A stretch of DNA of 64,000 nucleotides from an uncultured Gammaproteobacteria bacterium (GTDB lineage: Bacteria; Patescibacteriota; Microgenomatia; CAYQLK01). The DNA lies in the NCBI GenBank assembly GCA_964404855.1, contig CAYOLO010000002.1:3494-67493 (forward strand). Reading direction: 5' to 3'. The position numbers were made by a program, and so were the translations under genes. The notes under the pieces were generated by a model. It saw nothing but the letters and a program-made list of their open reading frames with translations, had not been told where the DNA came from and searched no databases. Position 1 is the stretch's first letter, and each line of letters starts with the position of its first letter. Of the stretch, positions 10,609 to 21,870 are shown in pieces.

Positions 10609-11507
10609 ATGGTTTTAATTACTTGTTTGTATATCTGCTTTTTCTGTGTGCTTCTAAGGATTATCCCAAAGATAACAAGTCTTAGCAATGAGCCTATGGT
10701 CAATATTAATTTGATAAGCCAATATTTTATGGGATTAAAGTTTGTTTTTGAAACAAACAACAACCCTTTTACCTCTCCTATTAAGGCATTATCCGTCAAG
10801 CCTTTTGAGCTTTGTTGTCCAACATGAATAACTCGCACATCTGGAGAAAAATATGTTTTAAAACTATTTTTTTTGGCTCTAAGGCAAATATCAATATCCT
10901 CAGCGTATAAAAATATTTTAGGATTAAACCCTCCAAGTTTTCTGAATGTGTTTCTTTTAAAAATCATCATTGCTCCAGTTACCCATCCAGTTTTTTTAGT
11001 TTTTTTATAGTAAGAGTAGGATTTTTTGTGAAGCGAGGGAATAATTTTGTTTAATAATGGAATGTCGTCAACAAAAAACATCCAGAAAAAAATCGATAAT
11101 ACGCCTGGAAGACTACCGTGCGATTGTTGAAGTTCGTAATTAGGATAAAGAATCTTTGTTCCTAAAATTGAAATCTTTTTGTTCGAATCAAAAGTTTTCT
11201 TGATTTTTGGAAGAATTTCTTCGACTTCGTAAGCATCAGAGTTAAAAATCACAAAAAATCGACCTTTAGCTTTTTCTAATCCAAGGTTGTTTGCTCGGCC
11301 AAATCCTAGATTCTCAGGAGCAACTATAAACTTAACACTTTTGGGAAGATTTTTTGACAAATACGCCAGACTACCGTCCTCAGAGTTGTTGTCTACGACA
11401 ATAATTTCGTATTTTGCTTTTTTCTCATGAGAAATTATTGACTTAACTGCTTCGAGCGTTAGTTTTGGCGTGCGAAAATTTACAATAATGTAGCTGAAAT
11501 CAATCAT
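10602..11507 (-). CDS. GT2 glycosyltransferase
   Basis: IIVNF, VVDNNSED, NLGFGRANN, NSD, FLYAEDIDICLR. Confidence 0.92.
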   Translation of the reverse strand: MIDFSYIIVNFRTPKLTLEAVKSIISHEKKAKYEIIVVDNNSEDGSLAYLSKNLPKSVKFIVAPENLGFGRANNLGLEKAKGRFFVIFNSDAYEVEEILPKIKKTFDSNKKISILGTKILYPNYELQQSHGSLPGVLSIFFWMFFVDDIPLLNKIIPSLHKKSYSYYKKTKKTGWVTGAMMIFKRNTFRKLGGFNPKIFLYAEDIDICLRAKKNSFKTYFSPDVRVIHVGQQSSKGLTDNALIGEVKGLLFVSKTNFNPIKYWLIKLILTIGSLLRLVIFGIILRSTQKKQIYKQVIKTIW

Positions 11508-11510
11508 TGT

Positions 11511-12113
11511 TTACTGAAATAATTTTGGTCTACCCAATCTGTATTTGTACTCTTTCAGGTTTCTATCTTTTATGTATTTTGCCGGCACACCACCAACCAA
11601 GGTTGACGCGTCAACATCCTTAACAACCACAGACCCAGCAGCAACAACTGCGCCCTTGCCGATAGTTACTCCCGGCAATATTGTTACTCTTGGACCAATA
11701 AAAACATAATCTTCAATGTTTACTGGTGCATTTGTTGCAATAAAATCATTGCTTTCTATATCGTGTTCGGAATTATAGATTCTAACCTCTGAGGCTATAT
11801 CTACATTGTTTCCAATTTTTACTGGTGCTCTTCCGTCAATAAAGGCGTGATCACCAATAATTGTTCCATTACCAATGGTAATATTCATAGGCATATAGAA
11901 CCTGGCCCCATAATGAATGTACGACTTTGAGCCAATTTTTATTCCTGAGGCTTTATAGAATAGATTTCTAATGCTATGTGATGGAACTACACTAATAAAA
12001 TTGAGAATCATTAACCAAAAATCTAACAAATAACTATTTATCCTGATTATAATTTTGATAATTATTTCTGAACTACTTAGAGATTGTCCGTTTTTGTCAG
12101 TTATTCCAATCAT
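11511..12113 (-). CDS. Hexapeptide-repeat (LbH) sugar O-acetyltransferase
   Basis: [47 protein letters not shown]. Confidence 0.9.
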   Translation of the reverse strand: MIGITDKNGQSLSSSEIIIKIIIRINSYLLDFWLMILNFISVVPSHSIRNLFYKASGIKIGSKSYIHYGARFYMPMNITIGNGTIIGDHAFIDGRAPVKIGNNVDIASEVRIYNSEHDIESNDFIATNAPVNIEDYVFIGPRVTILPGVTIGKGAVVAAGSVVVKDVDASTLVGGVPAKYIKDRNLKEYKYRLGRPKLFQ

Positions 12114-12117
12114 ATAT

Positions 12118-13224
12118 TTAGTCTACAATACTTGAGATAAACTCGTAAGTTTGTTTTGCATTTTCTTGCCATGAAAATTTTAAAATCTGTTTTTGAGCAT
12201 TATTAATTAAATTATTTTTAATTTTTTTGTCATTTTGTAAGATAGAAATTTTTTCCGCAATATCTTTTGGGTTATGGGGGTCGACAAATAATCCCGCATT
12301 ACCTGCCGCCTCAGAAAGGCTCGAATTTTTCGAAACTATGACCGGACATCCGCATGCTAAAGCCTCAACCACAGGAATACCAAATCCTTCATAAAATGAC
12401 GGAAGAATTAGGCTGTCTGCCAATGAAATAATTACCGGTAAATCTTCGTCGGGTACATAATCAGTAAATGTTATTCTGTTTCTAAAATTCTTCGCGTTTT
12501 CAAAAATCGGGTCAAAAAGCCAACCTTTTTTGCCAACTACAACCAAATTAAAATCGTGATTGAACTTCATTGCGGAAATAACTCCTTGAATATTCTTCCT
12601 CGGTTGTACAGTTCCTACAAATACTGTGAAATTTTTCGGCAAAGCGTATTTTTTAATCACAGACTCCTTGGATTTTATATTTGTAATTTTTTTAAAAATA
12701 TCGGTGTTGTACCCTGGATATATCACTTTTATTGGTTTATTTAAGTCTGGGTAATATTTCTGAATGTCGTTGCGTGTTGAGTTAGAAATAGTAATTATTC
12801 CATCGCAAGCTTTCAGTGAAATATTTGTCCATTTTTTTAACTGGATAAGATCTTTTTTGGCAAAATGTTCAGGGAACTTCAAATATGCCAAATCAAAAAT
12901 AACAATTATTTTTTTAACTCCCTCAATGTTTGGCGTATAGTGGCCAGGCGTAAACAAAACCGAAATTTTTGGTTTTTTGAATTTAATCCTTAATGGTAGT
13001 GCAAAACGCGTCCACAACTTTTGTGGACCAAATACTTCATATTCAATATTATCCCCATGCGGCATGTGTGGTAGCGGTTGGGACTTGAGCAGTATTTTAA
13101 ATTTTTTTTCTGGATAAGATTTAGTTAAGTTAATAATTATTTGTAAAGCGTAGTGATTACTCCCAACTGGTCGAGCTATGTTTGCCTCATTCCCGTCGAT
13201 TGCGATGAACTTAGACTCTTTCAT
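12118..13224 (-). CDS. GT4 glycosyltransferase (MtfB-like)
   Basis: [27 protein letters not shown]. Confidence 0.92.
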   Translation of the reverse strand: MKESKFIAIDGNEANIARPVGSNHYALQIIINLTKSYPEKKFKILLKSQPLPHMPHGDNIEYEVFGPQKLWTRFALPLRIKFKKPKISVLFTPGHYTPNIEGVKKIIVIFDLAYLKFPEHFAKKDLIQLKKWTNISLKACDGIITISNSTRNDIQKYYPDLNKPIKVIYPGYNTDIFKKITNIKSKESVIKKYALPKNFTVFVGTVQPRKNIQGVISAMKFNHDFNLVVVGKKGWLFDPIFENAKNFRNRITFTDYVPDEDLPVIISLADSLILPSFYEGFGIPVVEALACGCPVIVSKNSSLSEAAGNAGLFVDPHNPKDIAEKISILQNDKKIKNNLINNAQKQILKFSWQENAKQTYEFISSIVD

Positions 13225-14305
13225 AAATTGATATTAACTTTTTGGCTGAGTTATTCCAAGAAAAACTTTCCGCTTGTTCTTGAGATTTTAATTTTACGAT
13301 TTTAATTGAGTTTGTTGTTAAAGATAAAAATTTTATAATTTTATGAACCAAGTCATTTTCATCTTTTGGGTCAAAATACATAGCTGCCTGACCACCAGCT
13401 TCTGGCATTGAGGACGTATTAGACGCAATAACTGGCGTACCAAATCTCATTGCTTCAATTATTGGCAGTCCAAACCCTTCATATAAAGAAGGGTAAATAA
13501 ATAAGGCGGAATTTCTATATACAGAAACCAACTCACCGTCTGAAACAAAACCTGTCTGAGTAATATTGTCACTTGTGGGTAAATTGATATTACCCCAACC
13601 TTTTGGTCCGACTATAACTAGTTGATATTTTTTATCAAGATTTATTTTATTGAAAGCGTTAACTAATAAATTAAGATTTTTTCTGGGCTGTAATGTTGAA
13701 ACACTTAAAAAATAAGGTTTAGTTATTTTAAATTTTTTTGAGACATCGTTAAAACTGCTGGATTTTTTATTTTGTATTTTAGTACTTGGGTAAACAATCT
13801 CTGTTTTATTAATATCGAATTCAAAATATCTAAAGAAGTCGTCTCGGCACGACTTTGATAAGAATGTAATAAAAGATGCATACTTTACTGCTCTCTCCAT
13901 ACGCGTTTGGTGCACTCTTACAGTCTTTACCGTATGATCTTCTGGCATAATTTTTGTTGTTAAGTCGTAAATAGGCACAATAATCTTTGCTTTTTTTGAT
14001 CTTGGGGTTAGCCAATCAGAACAAACAAAAACATTAATGCCGGAACAAAAATAATCTATAGGAACATTAAACTTGTGAAAAATTAACTCAAATACTGAAA
14101 CAGGAAAGGGGTATATTTTTGTTTTAGCTTGGGGATAATTTGAACAGAATTTCTTTAGTTTAAAATACCCTCTTAAACTTGTTCCAAATAATACGTATGT
14201 GTTTTTTTTATCTAGACTAATTACTGACTCGACCAAGTCAGCCGTTAAGTTCGAAACACCTGTACCATAAATAATTTGTGAAACATCGATAGCTATTTTT
14301 TTCAT
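13211..14305 (-). CDS. GT4 glycosyltransferase (MtfB-like)
   Basis: [25 protein letters not shown]. Confidence 0.92.
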   Translation of the reverse strand: MKKIAIDVSQIIYGTGVSNLTADLVESVISLDKKNTYVLFGTSLRGYFKLKKFCSNYPQAKTKIYPFPVSVFELIFHKFNVPIDYFCSGINVFVCSDWLTPRSKKAKIIVPIYDLTTKIMPEDHTVKTVRVHQTRMERAVKYASFITFLSKSCRDDFFRYFEFDINKTEIVYPSTKIQNKKSSSFNDVSKKFKITKPYFLSVSTLQPRKNLNLLVNAFNKINLDKKYQLVIVGPKGWGNINLPTSDNITQTGFVSDGELVSVYRNSALFIYPSLYEGFGLPIIEAMRFGTPVIASNTSSMPEAGGQAAMYFDPKDENDLVHKIIKFLSLTTNSIKIVKLKSQEQAESFSWNNSAKKLISIYERV

Positions 14306-15738
14306 TTTTTAATAAAAATCTTTACGCTGCCTATTTTATTGAAACTATAACCAGTTATTTCAGAATAATATGTTTTCAAAAAATTTTCTGTAATTAAGCT
14401 TGGATCAGTCAAATCTGAAAGATAGCTGTAATAAATAATATGATCATATTTTAGTAAAATTTGCTGTTTTTCAGTTGGAATTTTATTCATTATGAACTCA
14501 TCCCCTGCCCCAACGGCCTTACTCGTATTATAGTAATAATAAATATCGTACGGCACCTTAGTTGAAAAAACTGTCATTGCATTGGGGTATTTGGAACTTA
14601 AAAAATCGGAATATACTTTTGCCCCTTTCCAATCTTCTCTCCAAAATATCGGGTTAGCAAAATAAAGAAAAATAAAAATAAAATTGGAAACAAGAATAAA
14701 ATAAAACCCATTTTTAATAATTTGAGGATTGATTTTGAGACTTATTATAATCAAATAAATAAATGGAATTAAAAATAGCAATCTAAAGTACGAATATATT
14801 GGTAGAAAAGCTGCAATTGTCGTAACAAGCATAAAAGTGCTTAAAAAAATTATTAAAACAGGATTAAATTGCCTTTTTACCAAAAAATATACTATTGCCA
14901 ATAAATAGACAGCAGTATTTAGTAGCGCAACTATTGATATATACACTGAATAATTAAAATCAACTAAGCCAGTAGAAGTTTTTATAAAAAATTGAAAAAA
15001 GTTTTTTAAAAAGTTATTACTGCCAATTACATTTTGCCAGCCACTAAATGATGAAGAGATATTGCTTCCAGAAACTAGTTGAGTCTTAAAGATTGGAAAC
15101 ATTAAACTTGAAATAATTACAGAGATAATTGAAATCGAAAATATATAAGTAAGATTCTTTTTTTTATTCTTCCATAAAATATATCCCATATATATCGATG
15201 AGCTAAAAACATACAAATAAGCAATGTAGTTTAGATAGATGATTAAAATATTTGTAATAAAAAATAAGGTGCAGTATTTTTTTGAAAACTTTTTTCTCAC
15301 TAGTAATAAAAAATATAGATTTAAAATCACGATTAATCCCGTAAGAGAATATGGTCTTGCTTCAAATGAATAAGTAATTAAGATCGGTGAAGTCGCAACA
15401 AGTATTGAAGGCCAAAGCTGAAAATTTTTATTTTTAATAACTTCTTTAGAAATTAAATATGTAACTAAAACTGTTAATACACCAGCAATAAGTGCGGGCA
15501 AACGAAAAACATATTCATCTGACCCTAAAAGGAAATAAAAAAGTTTTTGAATTATGAAATATAATGGCGGATGAAAATCGCCCAATAAAAAGACATTAAA
15601 ATATTCCTTAATGCTAAAATTAATCGCAGTCTGAGCAGCAATTCCTTCATCTAACCAAAAACTCTGATTCCAACTAAGAACTCTAAGAATAAGAGCAAAT
15701 ACGAGAACAATAATTATTGGTTTGTTTATTTTTTTCAT
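14302..15738 (-). CDS. GT-C membrane glycosyltransferase (PMT_2/GT83-like)
   Basis: QSFWLDEG, DFHPPLY, RLP, EARPYS, REDWKG; start moved to ATG 15738 (ATGA overlap with upstream stop). Confidence 0.85.
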   Translation of the reverse strand: MKKINKPIIIVLVFALILRVLSWNQSFWLDEGIAAQTAINFSIKEYFNVFLLGDFHPPLYFIIQKLFYFLLGSDEYVFRLPALIAGVLTVLVTYLISKEVIKNKNFQLWPSILVATSPILITYSFEARPYSLTGLIVILNLYFLLLVRKKFSKKYCTLFFITNILIIYLNYIAYLYVFSSSIYMGYILWKNKKKNLTYIFSISIISVIISSLMFPIFKTQLVSGSNISSSFSGWQNVIGSNNFLKNFFQFFIKTSTGLVDFNYSVYISIVALLNTAVYLLAIVYFLVKRQFNPVLIIFLSTFMLVTTIAAFLPIYSYFRLLFLIPFIYLIIISLKINPQIIKNGFYFILVSNFIFIFLYFANPIFWREDWKGAKVYSDFLSSKYPNAMTVFSTKVPYDIYYYYNTSKAVGAGDEFIMNKIPTEKQQILLKYDHIIYYSYLSDLTDPSLITENFLKTYYSEITGYSFNKIGSVKIFIKK

Positions 15739-16865
15739 GATACAAAGGTTCCTGAGACAAACAGTGATAGAAAAAATATTTGAAGCAATATAAACAAAAC
15801 AAGGAGCGGGTAAATAAATATTGGCTTTAGGTAGGCAATACAAATAAATACTGGGAATGCTGTAAGCGCGTACCTCGGCATCGAACTAAATGTTCCCGTT
15901 AGCGGCGGCACCAATACTACCAGTAGTGTATATACGATTAATGGTTTTGGAAGTTTTTTTATAAACAGCATTGGAATAGCTAAGAAGCTAAGTGTAATAA
16001 AAATTTCCGTTAGAGCCAAAACAAATGCGTTCGATGTAAGTGAAACCGTAATTAGTATTTTGAAATAACGAAAAATAACTTGTGGCAGTAGTACAAAATC
16101 ACTGCTTCTTGAGTTACCAAAATAATTTTGGGCATGAATAAAATATAAAAAGTCACCGTATTTAATCTGTAGAAATATCATGTAGCTGACAAGACCAAGT
16201 GGAATTAAAAAAACAGGTAAAATTGTTTTCTTTTGTTTATAAAAATAGGTAATCATTAGTGCGGGTAATATAAAAATGCCTGCAAGGCGAGTTGCTGTTG
16301 CAAAAACACCAAAACCAACAGATAGAAATATTCGGTTAATAAAAAAATAGTAAAAAGATGCTGTTGTCAGCATTAAAAATAACCCTTCGTTATATACAGA
16401 ATTAAAAAAGAAAGAAAATGGATAACAAAGTATTAAAAGAATCACAATTTTGTATTCGATTTGGATAAAATATTTTTTTACAATTTTTTGTATGTAAATT
16501 AATGAAACAAGTAAACAGATATTGTTTATCGCAATACCTATGAATAATTTGGGGGTCACACCAAAAGACAAAATATTAATTAACAATGGATAAAATGGAA
16601 AAAATGCTTGTGTATATTGATTTGCATAGCCATCCGAAGCAATATTTAGATAATGAACACCATCAAATCCACCCCAAACATAAGATGATAATAATCCGTA
16701 TTCCCTTACAAGATTTTCAAAATATGGATAGGTTGGATTAAACTCTAAAATCTTTGCGAGATAAACGCCTAATACTGTTAATACTAGCTTCCATAATATA
16801 AATACAAAAAATACAAATCTATATTCTTTGTATTTTTTTTTAATGAACGATTTGTTGATAAACAT
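15735..16865 (-). CDS. GT-C mannosyltransferase, PIG-V/GT76-like
   Basis: WGGFDGVHYLNIASDGY, AFFPFYP, YNEGLF, TRLAG, SMPRY. Confidence 0.82.
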   Translation of the reverse strand: MFINKSFIKKKYKEYRFVFFVFILWKLVLTVLGVYLAKILEFNPTYPYFENLVREYGLLSSYVWGGFDGVHYLNIASDGYANQYTQAFFPFYPLLINILSFGVTPKLFIGIAINNICLLVSLIYIQKIVKKYFIQIEYKIVILLILCYPFSFFFNSVYNEGLFLMLTTASFYYFFINRIFLSVGFGVFATATRLAGIFILPALMITYFYKQKKTILPVFLIPLGLVSYMIFLQIKYGDFLYFIHAQNYFGNSRSSDFVLLPQVIFRYFKILITVSLTSNAFVLALTEIFITLSFLAIPMLFIKKLPKPLIVYTLLVVLVPPLTGTFSSMPRYALTAFPVFICIAYLKPIFIYPLLVLFILLQIFFLSLFVSGTFVS

Positions 16866-17859
16866 CAGAAGTTAATTTTGCCGTTTTTTCCCATGTAAAT
16901 TTTTGATTATTTTTAATTGAATCGTTTGATAACTGATCATATTCCGATTTATTAAGTGTAGTTATTTGATTTATGGTATCAATAATACTTTTTTTCGAAT
17001 ATGGATCGAAATATCTTGCAGCAGTACCACCTACTTCAGGCAGACAAGATATGTTCGATGTGGCAACTGGTGTACCACACGCCATTGATTCAAGAATTGG
17101 AAAACCAAACCCTTCATCCCAAGAAGGAACAACTGTTAGGTGTGCTAAATTGTAAATATCTACAAGGTCGTTTGCTGACTCGATTTCGCCAATAATTTGA
17201 GAATTTTTTGAATTTGCAACCATTTTTTTAATCTTAATTACTTCTGCTGAATGACCACTAAATGGCCTACCGGCTAAAAACAGTCTGATTTTAAAACTCT
17301 CAGCGGCTTGAATTAGGCGGATAACGTTTTTGTTGGGATTAATATCGCCTAGGTAAAGTACAAATTTATCAGGAAGTTTATATTTTTTTTGGGTTTGAAT
17401 TAATTCTTTTTTTTGTTTTTTTACAAAAATTGGATCAGCCGCTAGTGGAATAGAATATATTTTTTGAGGATTAATACCTGTAAGGACTGAAATACGCTTT
17501 TTTGAATGCAAACTGTCTGTAATTATTGCATCGGCTTTTTTTAATTTTTGTTTTTGAATTTGCCATTTAATTGCACCTTTTATTCCTTTTGGGAAAATTT
17601 TTGGATAATCAATGGGAATTAGATCATGGACAGTAATAACGGTGGGGCGAGTAAACCTACTAGGCAACGTTAAAAAAAATGGATCAAAATATGGATAATG
17701 CACCACATCTGGTTCGTCGCTGTAACTATCAACTAATCTGACAAGACTTTCCGACTTAAGCGAATTAACTAGGTTATTAATATAAGTTCCAGATCCTCTG
17801 GCTTTATGCCCAGTAATCAAGCGGGTCTGGTCGATCAATACTTTGGTTTTTTGACTCAT
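16840..17859 (-). CDS. GT4 glycosyltransferase (MtfB-like)
   Basis: RGSGTY, TVHDLIP, NKN, EGFGFPILESMACGTPV. Confidence 0.9.
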   Translation of the reverse strand: MSQKTKVLIDQTRLITGHKARGSGTYINNLVNSLKSESLVRLVDSYSDEPDVVHYPYFDPFFLTLPSRFTRPTVITVHDLIPIDYPKIFPKGIKGAIKWQIQKQKLKKADAIITDSLHSKKRISVLTGINPQKIYSIPLAADPIFVKKQKKELIQTQKKYKLPDKFVLYLGDINPNKNVIRLIQAAESFKIRLFLAGRPFSGHSAEVIKIKKMVANSKNSQIIGEIESANDLVDIYNLAHLTVVPSWDEGFGFPILESMACGTPVATSNISCLPEVGGTAARYFDPYSKKSIIDTINQITTLNKSEYDQLSNDSIKNNQKFTWEKTAKLTSDVYQQIVH

Positions 17860-18622
17860 AATATTTTAAGTACGTAGAAATATAATGGAATCCAGAATAA
17901 AGCGAAAACGCAAAACCTGCCATACCATCCCGAAATCCTTGATGACGAAAATATAGTAAAAAAAATGTTTTTATAGGATAAAAAAATAAATACTTAACAG
18001 AAAAACCAAAGGTTATTTTTGTCTCAGCTGCCTTAAGATATCTGGCGTCCATACTACTGTATCTATTTGAACGAATTAGATATCTAGTAAAACTTACATC
18101 TCCATAATGCAGCATGTCGTTTTTTACCCAACCTATTTCTCCATCAATTTCAATCTGTTCGTGTGTGGCTTTGGCTGGAACCCTGCCTTTCCCTTTTTTA
18201 AACAATCTAATGACTGGGTCCGGATAGTTTGCAGTTTTTTTCATCCAGTGAGCTAAAAAATAATTTTTTCTGGGAATGTAATATCCTGCATACTTACTGC
18301 CATTTAAAATAATTTTTGAAATTTCTTCTTTTAAGTCTGATGTTAACTCTTCGTCAGCATCTAACTGAAAAATCCAATCTCCTTGACAGATGTCGATTGC
18401 TTTTTGCTTATTAACATGAAAGTGTGGTGGATTATCCACAACAAAAACTTTGGCTCCTAATTTTTTGGCTAATTTAACTGTGTTATCGGAGGATGATCCG
18501 TCAAAAATTACAATTTCATCTGCCCAACCCTTTACAGAATTAAGCGAGTGTTCAATATTTTTTTCTTCGTTGTACGTTGCCATCGCAATCGACAACTTAA
18601 TAGCTTTATTTTTTACAGTCAT
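17804..18622 (-). CDS. GT2 glycosyltransferase (beta-1,4-glucosyltransferase/WaaE-like)
   Basis: YNEEKNI, DGSSSDNT, WIFQLDADE, YPDPVIRLF. Confidence 0.9.
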   Translation of the reverse strand: MTVKNKAIKLSIAMATYNEEKNIEHSLNSVKGWADEIVIFDGSSSDNTVKLAKKLGAKVFVVDNPPHFHVNKQKAIDICQGDWIFQLDADEELTSDLKEEISKIILNGSKYAGYYIPRKNYFLAHWMKKTANYPDPVIRLFKKGKGRVPAKATHEQIEIDGEIGWVKNDMLHYGDVSFTRYLIRSNRYSSMDARYLKAAETKITFGFSVKYLFFYPIKTFFLLYFRHQGFRDGMAGFAFSLYSGFHYISTYLKYYESKNQSIDRPDPLDYWA

Positions 18623-20246
18623 TGGAATTAATCATAACAAACTTCGGTCGATTGAAGCTATCAAAAATGACCTCACGATTATTGATTCCCCTGAACTCGC
18701 TAGGTGTGCCAATCAACAAATCTGCACTATTCGAATCCGCACATGACAATGTGGGCTTAAATGAAATATTTGAAAATCCATGTACACTCCACAGACCAGA
18801 TGGTTCTGAATTAGCCTTTCGAGTTTTGATGTAATCTTCAGGACTATACTGCCAGTAATATAAAAGATTAGCGTAAGCTCGACCATATTCGTCAGTTACT
18901 AAAATCTTTGGATATTTATCTTTAACTTTTTTTAAACTTTCAGACATTTGCCTGTAACCATCCTGCCAGCTATCTGCAAATTTTTTAGGATAAAAATAAA
19001 TATAATCTGAGTAAAATATTAAAAATTGAAATAATAAAAGAAACAGAAAGGTGGTTAATAAAATTTTTTTTAGCTTGGCCTTTTTTACCTGCTCAAATAG
19101 ATATATCATTCCATACGAGCTAGTAAGAATTAATGCTGGTAACATGTGAAGTGTTCTTAGGGCGTGGGGAGTTTCTCTGGCTACGCTTGCAGCAATCGGA
19201 GAAAGTAAAATCCAAAACAAAATAAAATAAAAAAACTTCCTTTTGTTTTTGAATAGATATATTAATCCTATAAAAATAAGTATTATTTCAATCAAATATA
19301 GTTGCCCCATTTTTTGTGAAGAGAAGCGGGGATTTACATCTCCTGTTAAAAATAAATATTGATGTGAAAAGTGGTCCAAATAGTGATCAAAATAATTTTG
19401 TGCATGAAATACTCGGCGGTTATAAATTATTTTTGAAATTAATGAATTGTTATTTCGAAGTTGTAACGAATTTGATTTGCTGACTGGCTCAGGATCAGAA
19501 AAAATATTAACTTCATTAAACCTTAATTGTCCGGAGTTTGTTAATCCAAATGAGATTAATGGAATAATTAATATTATTCCTAATATCATTGACACGATTA
19601 GATATTTTGCGTAATTTATTGAGATTTTTTTGTTAAATAATTGCCATAATCCAAGAAAAAATATCCAAATTGGGAGAAAATACCGGGTACCATTGAATGC
19701 ATACATTGACCCGACAAAAAATATTACTGATAAAAATATTAACCTTGACTTAATTGTTGATTTAACAAAAAATAATGTACCAGCAGTAGCTAAAGTTGTC
19801 GCAAGGTTAGCTTCAAATGCTGCTCTGGATAATTGTATGCTCCAAGGTGAAATACAAATAAAGAGTGCGGCAAGGAGCGGATATTTTTTGTTTTTTGGAG
19901 TAATCTCTTTGGCTAAAAGATAAATTAATAATATTAATATAGTCCCTGAAATTATTGACGTTAATCTAACTGTTAGATAGTTCAGGCCAAATAATTTAAC
20001 AAGTGGAGCAGTTAGATAGATATATAGCGGTGCTTTATAGTCGCCGTATGCTGTGAATGCTTGAACTGGCAACAAGTTGCCATGTTCGTCTTTTAGTGTT
20101 TCAGCAATTGAATAACTATTGTAACCAATTGATACTTCATCCCAATATAGGGATGGAGGGGAATTAAAAATATTAAAGATTCTTAAAAAAAATCCAAAAA
20201 ATAATATTAAAATTAGGTATTTATTATTACTTATTAATTTTTTCAT
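18606..20246 (-). CDS. GT-C membrane glycosyltransferase (PMT_2-like)
   Basis: LYWDEVSIGYNSYSI, DYKAPLYIY, VRL, SRAAFE, PHALR. Confidence 0.87.
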   Translation of the reverse strand: MKKLISNNKYLILILFFGFFLRIFNIFNSPPSLYWDEVSIGYNSYSIAETLKDEHGNLLPVQAFTAYGDYKAPLYIYLTAPLVKLFGLNYLTVRLTSIISGTILILLIYLLAKEITPKNKKYPLLAALFICISPWSIQLSRAAFEANLATTLATAGTLFFVKSTIKSRLIFLSVIFFVGSMYAFNGTRYFLPIWIFFLGLWQLFNKKISINYAKYLIVSMILGIILIIPLISFGLTNSGQLRFNEVNIFSDPEPVSKSNSLQLRNNNSLISKIIYNRRVFHAQNYFDHYLDHFSHQYLFLTGDVNPRFSSQKMGQLYLIEIILIFIGLIYLFKNKRKFFYFILFWILLSPIAASVARETPHALRTLHMLPALILTSSYGMIYLFEQVKKAKLKKILLTTFLFLLLFQFLIFYSDYIYFYPKKFADSWQDGYRQMSESLKKVKDKYPKILVTDEYGRAYANLLYYWQYSPEDYIKTRKANSEPSGLWSVHGFSNISFKPTLSCADSNSADLLIGTPSEFRGINNREVIFDSFNRPKFVMINSNDCKK

Positions 20247-21870
20247 ATTGAGCTGAGTCTGTTATATCGATAGCTGTATCCTTATTAGGGGATAATATTT
20301 GTTTTATCGGCTCCGCTAAAAATTCGTCTTTTTCTCCAATTAATAATATTTTCTTATCTTTTGTAATGGTTTTGGGGTTAATGTTTATAAAACGATATTT
20401 TCCCAAAGCATTTCCTTCAAAACCTTCATACCCTGCTTTTGTTCCACCTTGGCTTAGATATATTTCTGGGTTCACTTTCAAATATAGTAGCCAATAAATG
20501 TAAGATTGTTCTAATTTATTTGATATCCATATTTCATCGTACTGATTCTCAACCTCATTACTATATTCTACTGCCTCTTTCCTTCCAAACTGCCAGTCCT
20601 GTGATGTTTCAAATTTGTAGTGACTAATGTATTGATGATAATAAAAATAAAAGTTAACCAAAGTAAAAATAATTAATAATCCAAATATTACTCTTTGTAG
20701 TTGATTTTTTTTCTTACTCAGCCAACTAATTCCCAAACCTCCTAGTATTGATAAAGGTATCATTAAAACTGATGCCCTGATCGAATGTGGAGCCTCAAAT
20801 GTCAGTGCTGACGCCATTGGTGAAATAAGTAGAAGTGACAATACAAGAACTTTTTCCTTGTTAAATTTTTTCTTTTTTACTAATACCCATGTGCCTAAAA
20901 TAATAAATGCCGATTGCGACAACAAAACTAAACCAACTCTTGTTGCGTGATGTCTTGGATTATCTTGTGTATAAATTAAAAATTCTGGTGAAAAATGCGA
21001 TAAGTAGTTAGAAAATAAGAGATCTAGCTGGTAAAAACTCCTATTGTGAAATAGTTTTGATGGCAAATTGTTGCCATTTTCAATGTCAAATAATTTTCTG
21101 GCTGGATCAATCTGGTCGATATTTTTTTTAGAAAAAATACTCGTGTCTTCAAAACGGTTTTGTGCTCCTGAAAAAAATATCGAATATGTGAGAGGAGCTA
21201 TTAGGATTAAGCTTAATAAAACGGAAAAAATAATTTGTTTTCTTGCTAAGCTAAAAATTTGTTTCCAGTAAAGAATTACTAGAATTGCAACAATAAGTGG
21301 AATAATTAATTTTGCAGAATGGTACGCATACATCCCAATAGCAAAGAAAACAATCGATATATTAATATTGTTATGTTTTCCATTAACAAATTTATAGAAA
21401 AAATATAATCCAAAGATAATAAAAAATACTAAAATATTTCCCTCAAAAGCCACTCTAGAAAAATGAATGGACCACGGAAGAAGTGCCAAAAATAAAGATG
21501 TATATATTGCAATCTTTCTTTTTTTAAACAATTGAAAAGTTAACAAATATATTCCCAAAACACTAAATAAGCCCAAAATCAAACTAGGCAATCTCACTAC
21601 ATTACCAACCGGTCCAAATATTGCTACGAATGGTACTGTCAAATAAATATATAACGGCGATTTGTAATCATCAAACGATCTAAACACCAGTGGAAGTGTT
21701 TCTCCGTACTCATCCTTGCCTGTTTCCAGTAGAGACCATGCATTGTAAGTAATTGATACTTCGTCCCAATTTAACGAAGTTGCTGACTTTTCAAAAGCGT
21801 AAGTCCGTACAAAAACAGCAATAAATAAAACACTTAAGATTAAGATATGTTTTTTACATTTACCCAGCAT
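20227..21870 (-). CDS. GT-C membrane glycosyltransferase (PMT_2-like), paralog of 18606-20246
   Basis: LNWDEVSITYNAWSL, DYKSPLYIY, SRVAFE, PHSIR; ATG 21870 preferred over 21924. Confidence 0.87.
   Translation of the reverse strand: MLGKCKKHILILSVLFIAVFVRTYAFEKSATSLNWDEVSITYNAWSLLETGKDEYGETLPLVFRSFDDYKSPLYIYLTVPFVAIFGPVGNVVRLPSLILGLFSVLGIYLLTFQLFKKRKIAIYTSLFLALLPWSIHFSRVAFEGNILVFFIIFGLYFFYKFVNGKHNNINISIVFFAIGMYAYHSAKLIIPLIVAILVILYWKQIFSLARKQIIFSVLLSLILIAPLTYSIFFSGAQNRFEDTSIFSKKNIDQIDPARKLFDIENGNNLPSKLFHNRSFYQLDLLFSNYLSHFSPEFLIYTQDNPRHHATRVGLVLLSQSAFIILGTWVLVKKKKFNKEKVLVLSLLLISPMASALTFEAPHSIRASVLMIPLSILGGLGISWLSKKKNQLQRVIFGLLIIFTLVNFYFYYHQYISHYKFETSQDWQFGRKEAVEYSNEVENQYDEIWISNKLEQSYIYWLLYLKVNPEIYLSQGGTKAGYEGFEGNALGKYRFININPKTITKDKKILLIGEKDEFLAEPIKQILSPNKDTAIDITDSAQYEKINK

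Noticed and set aside
15739-15843. Long N-terminal extensions given by the ORF track (also 21871-21924, 53989-54036, 57860-57925)
   Set aside because: Most overlap upstream genes extensively; downstream ATGs give coupled starts or proper prepilin leaders
16833-16841. Poly-A tract near the 5' end of a GT-C gene (similar ones near 1420 and 50240) as phase-variation sites
   Set aside because: Runs of 8-9 nt are common in this AT-rich, Lys-rich sequence, and all frames are intact
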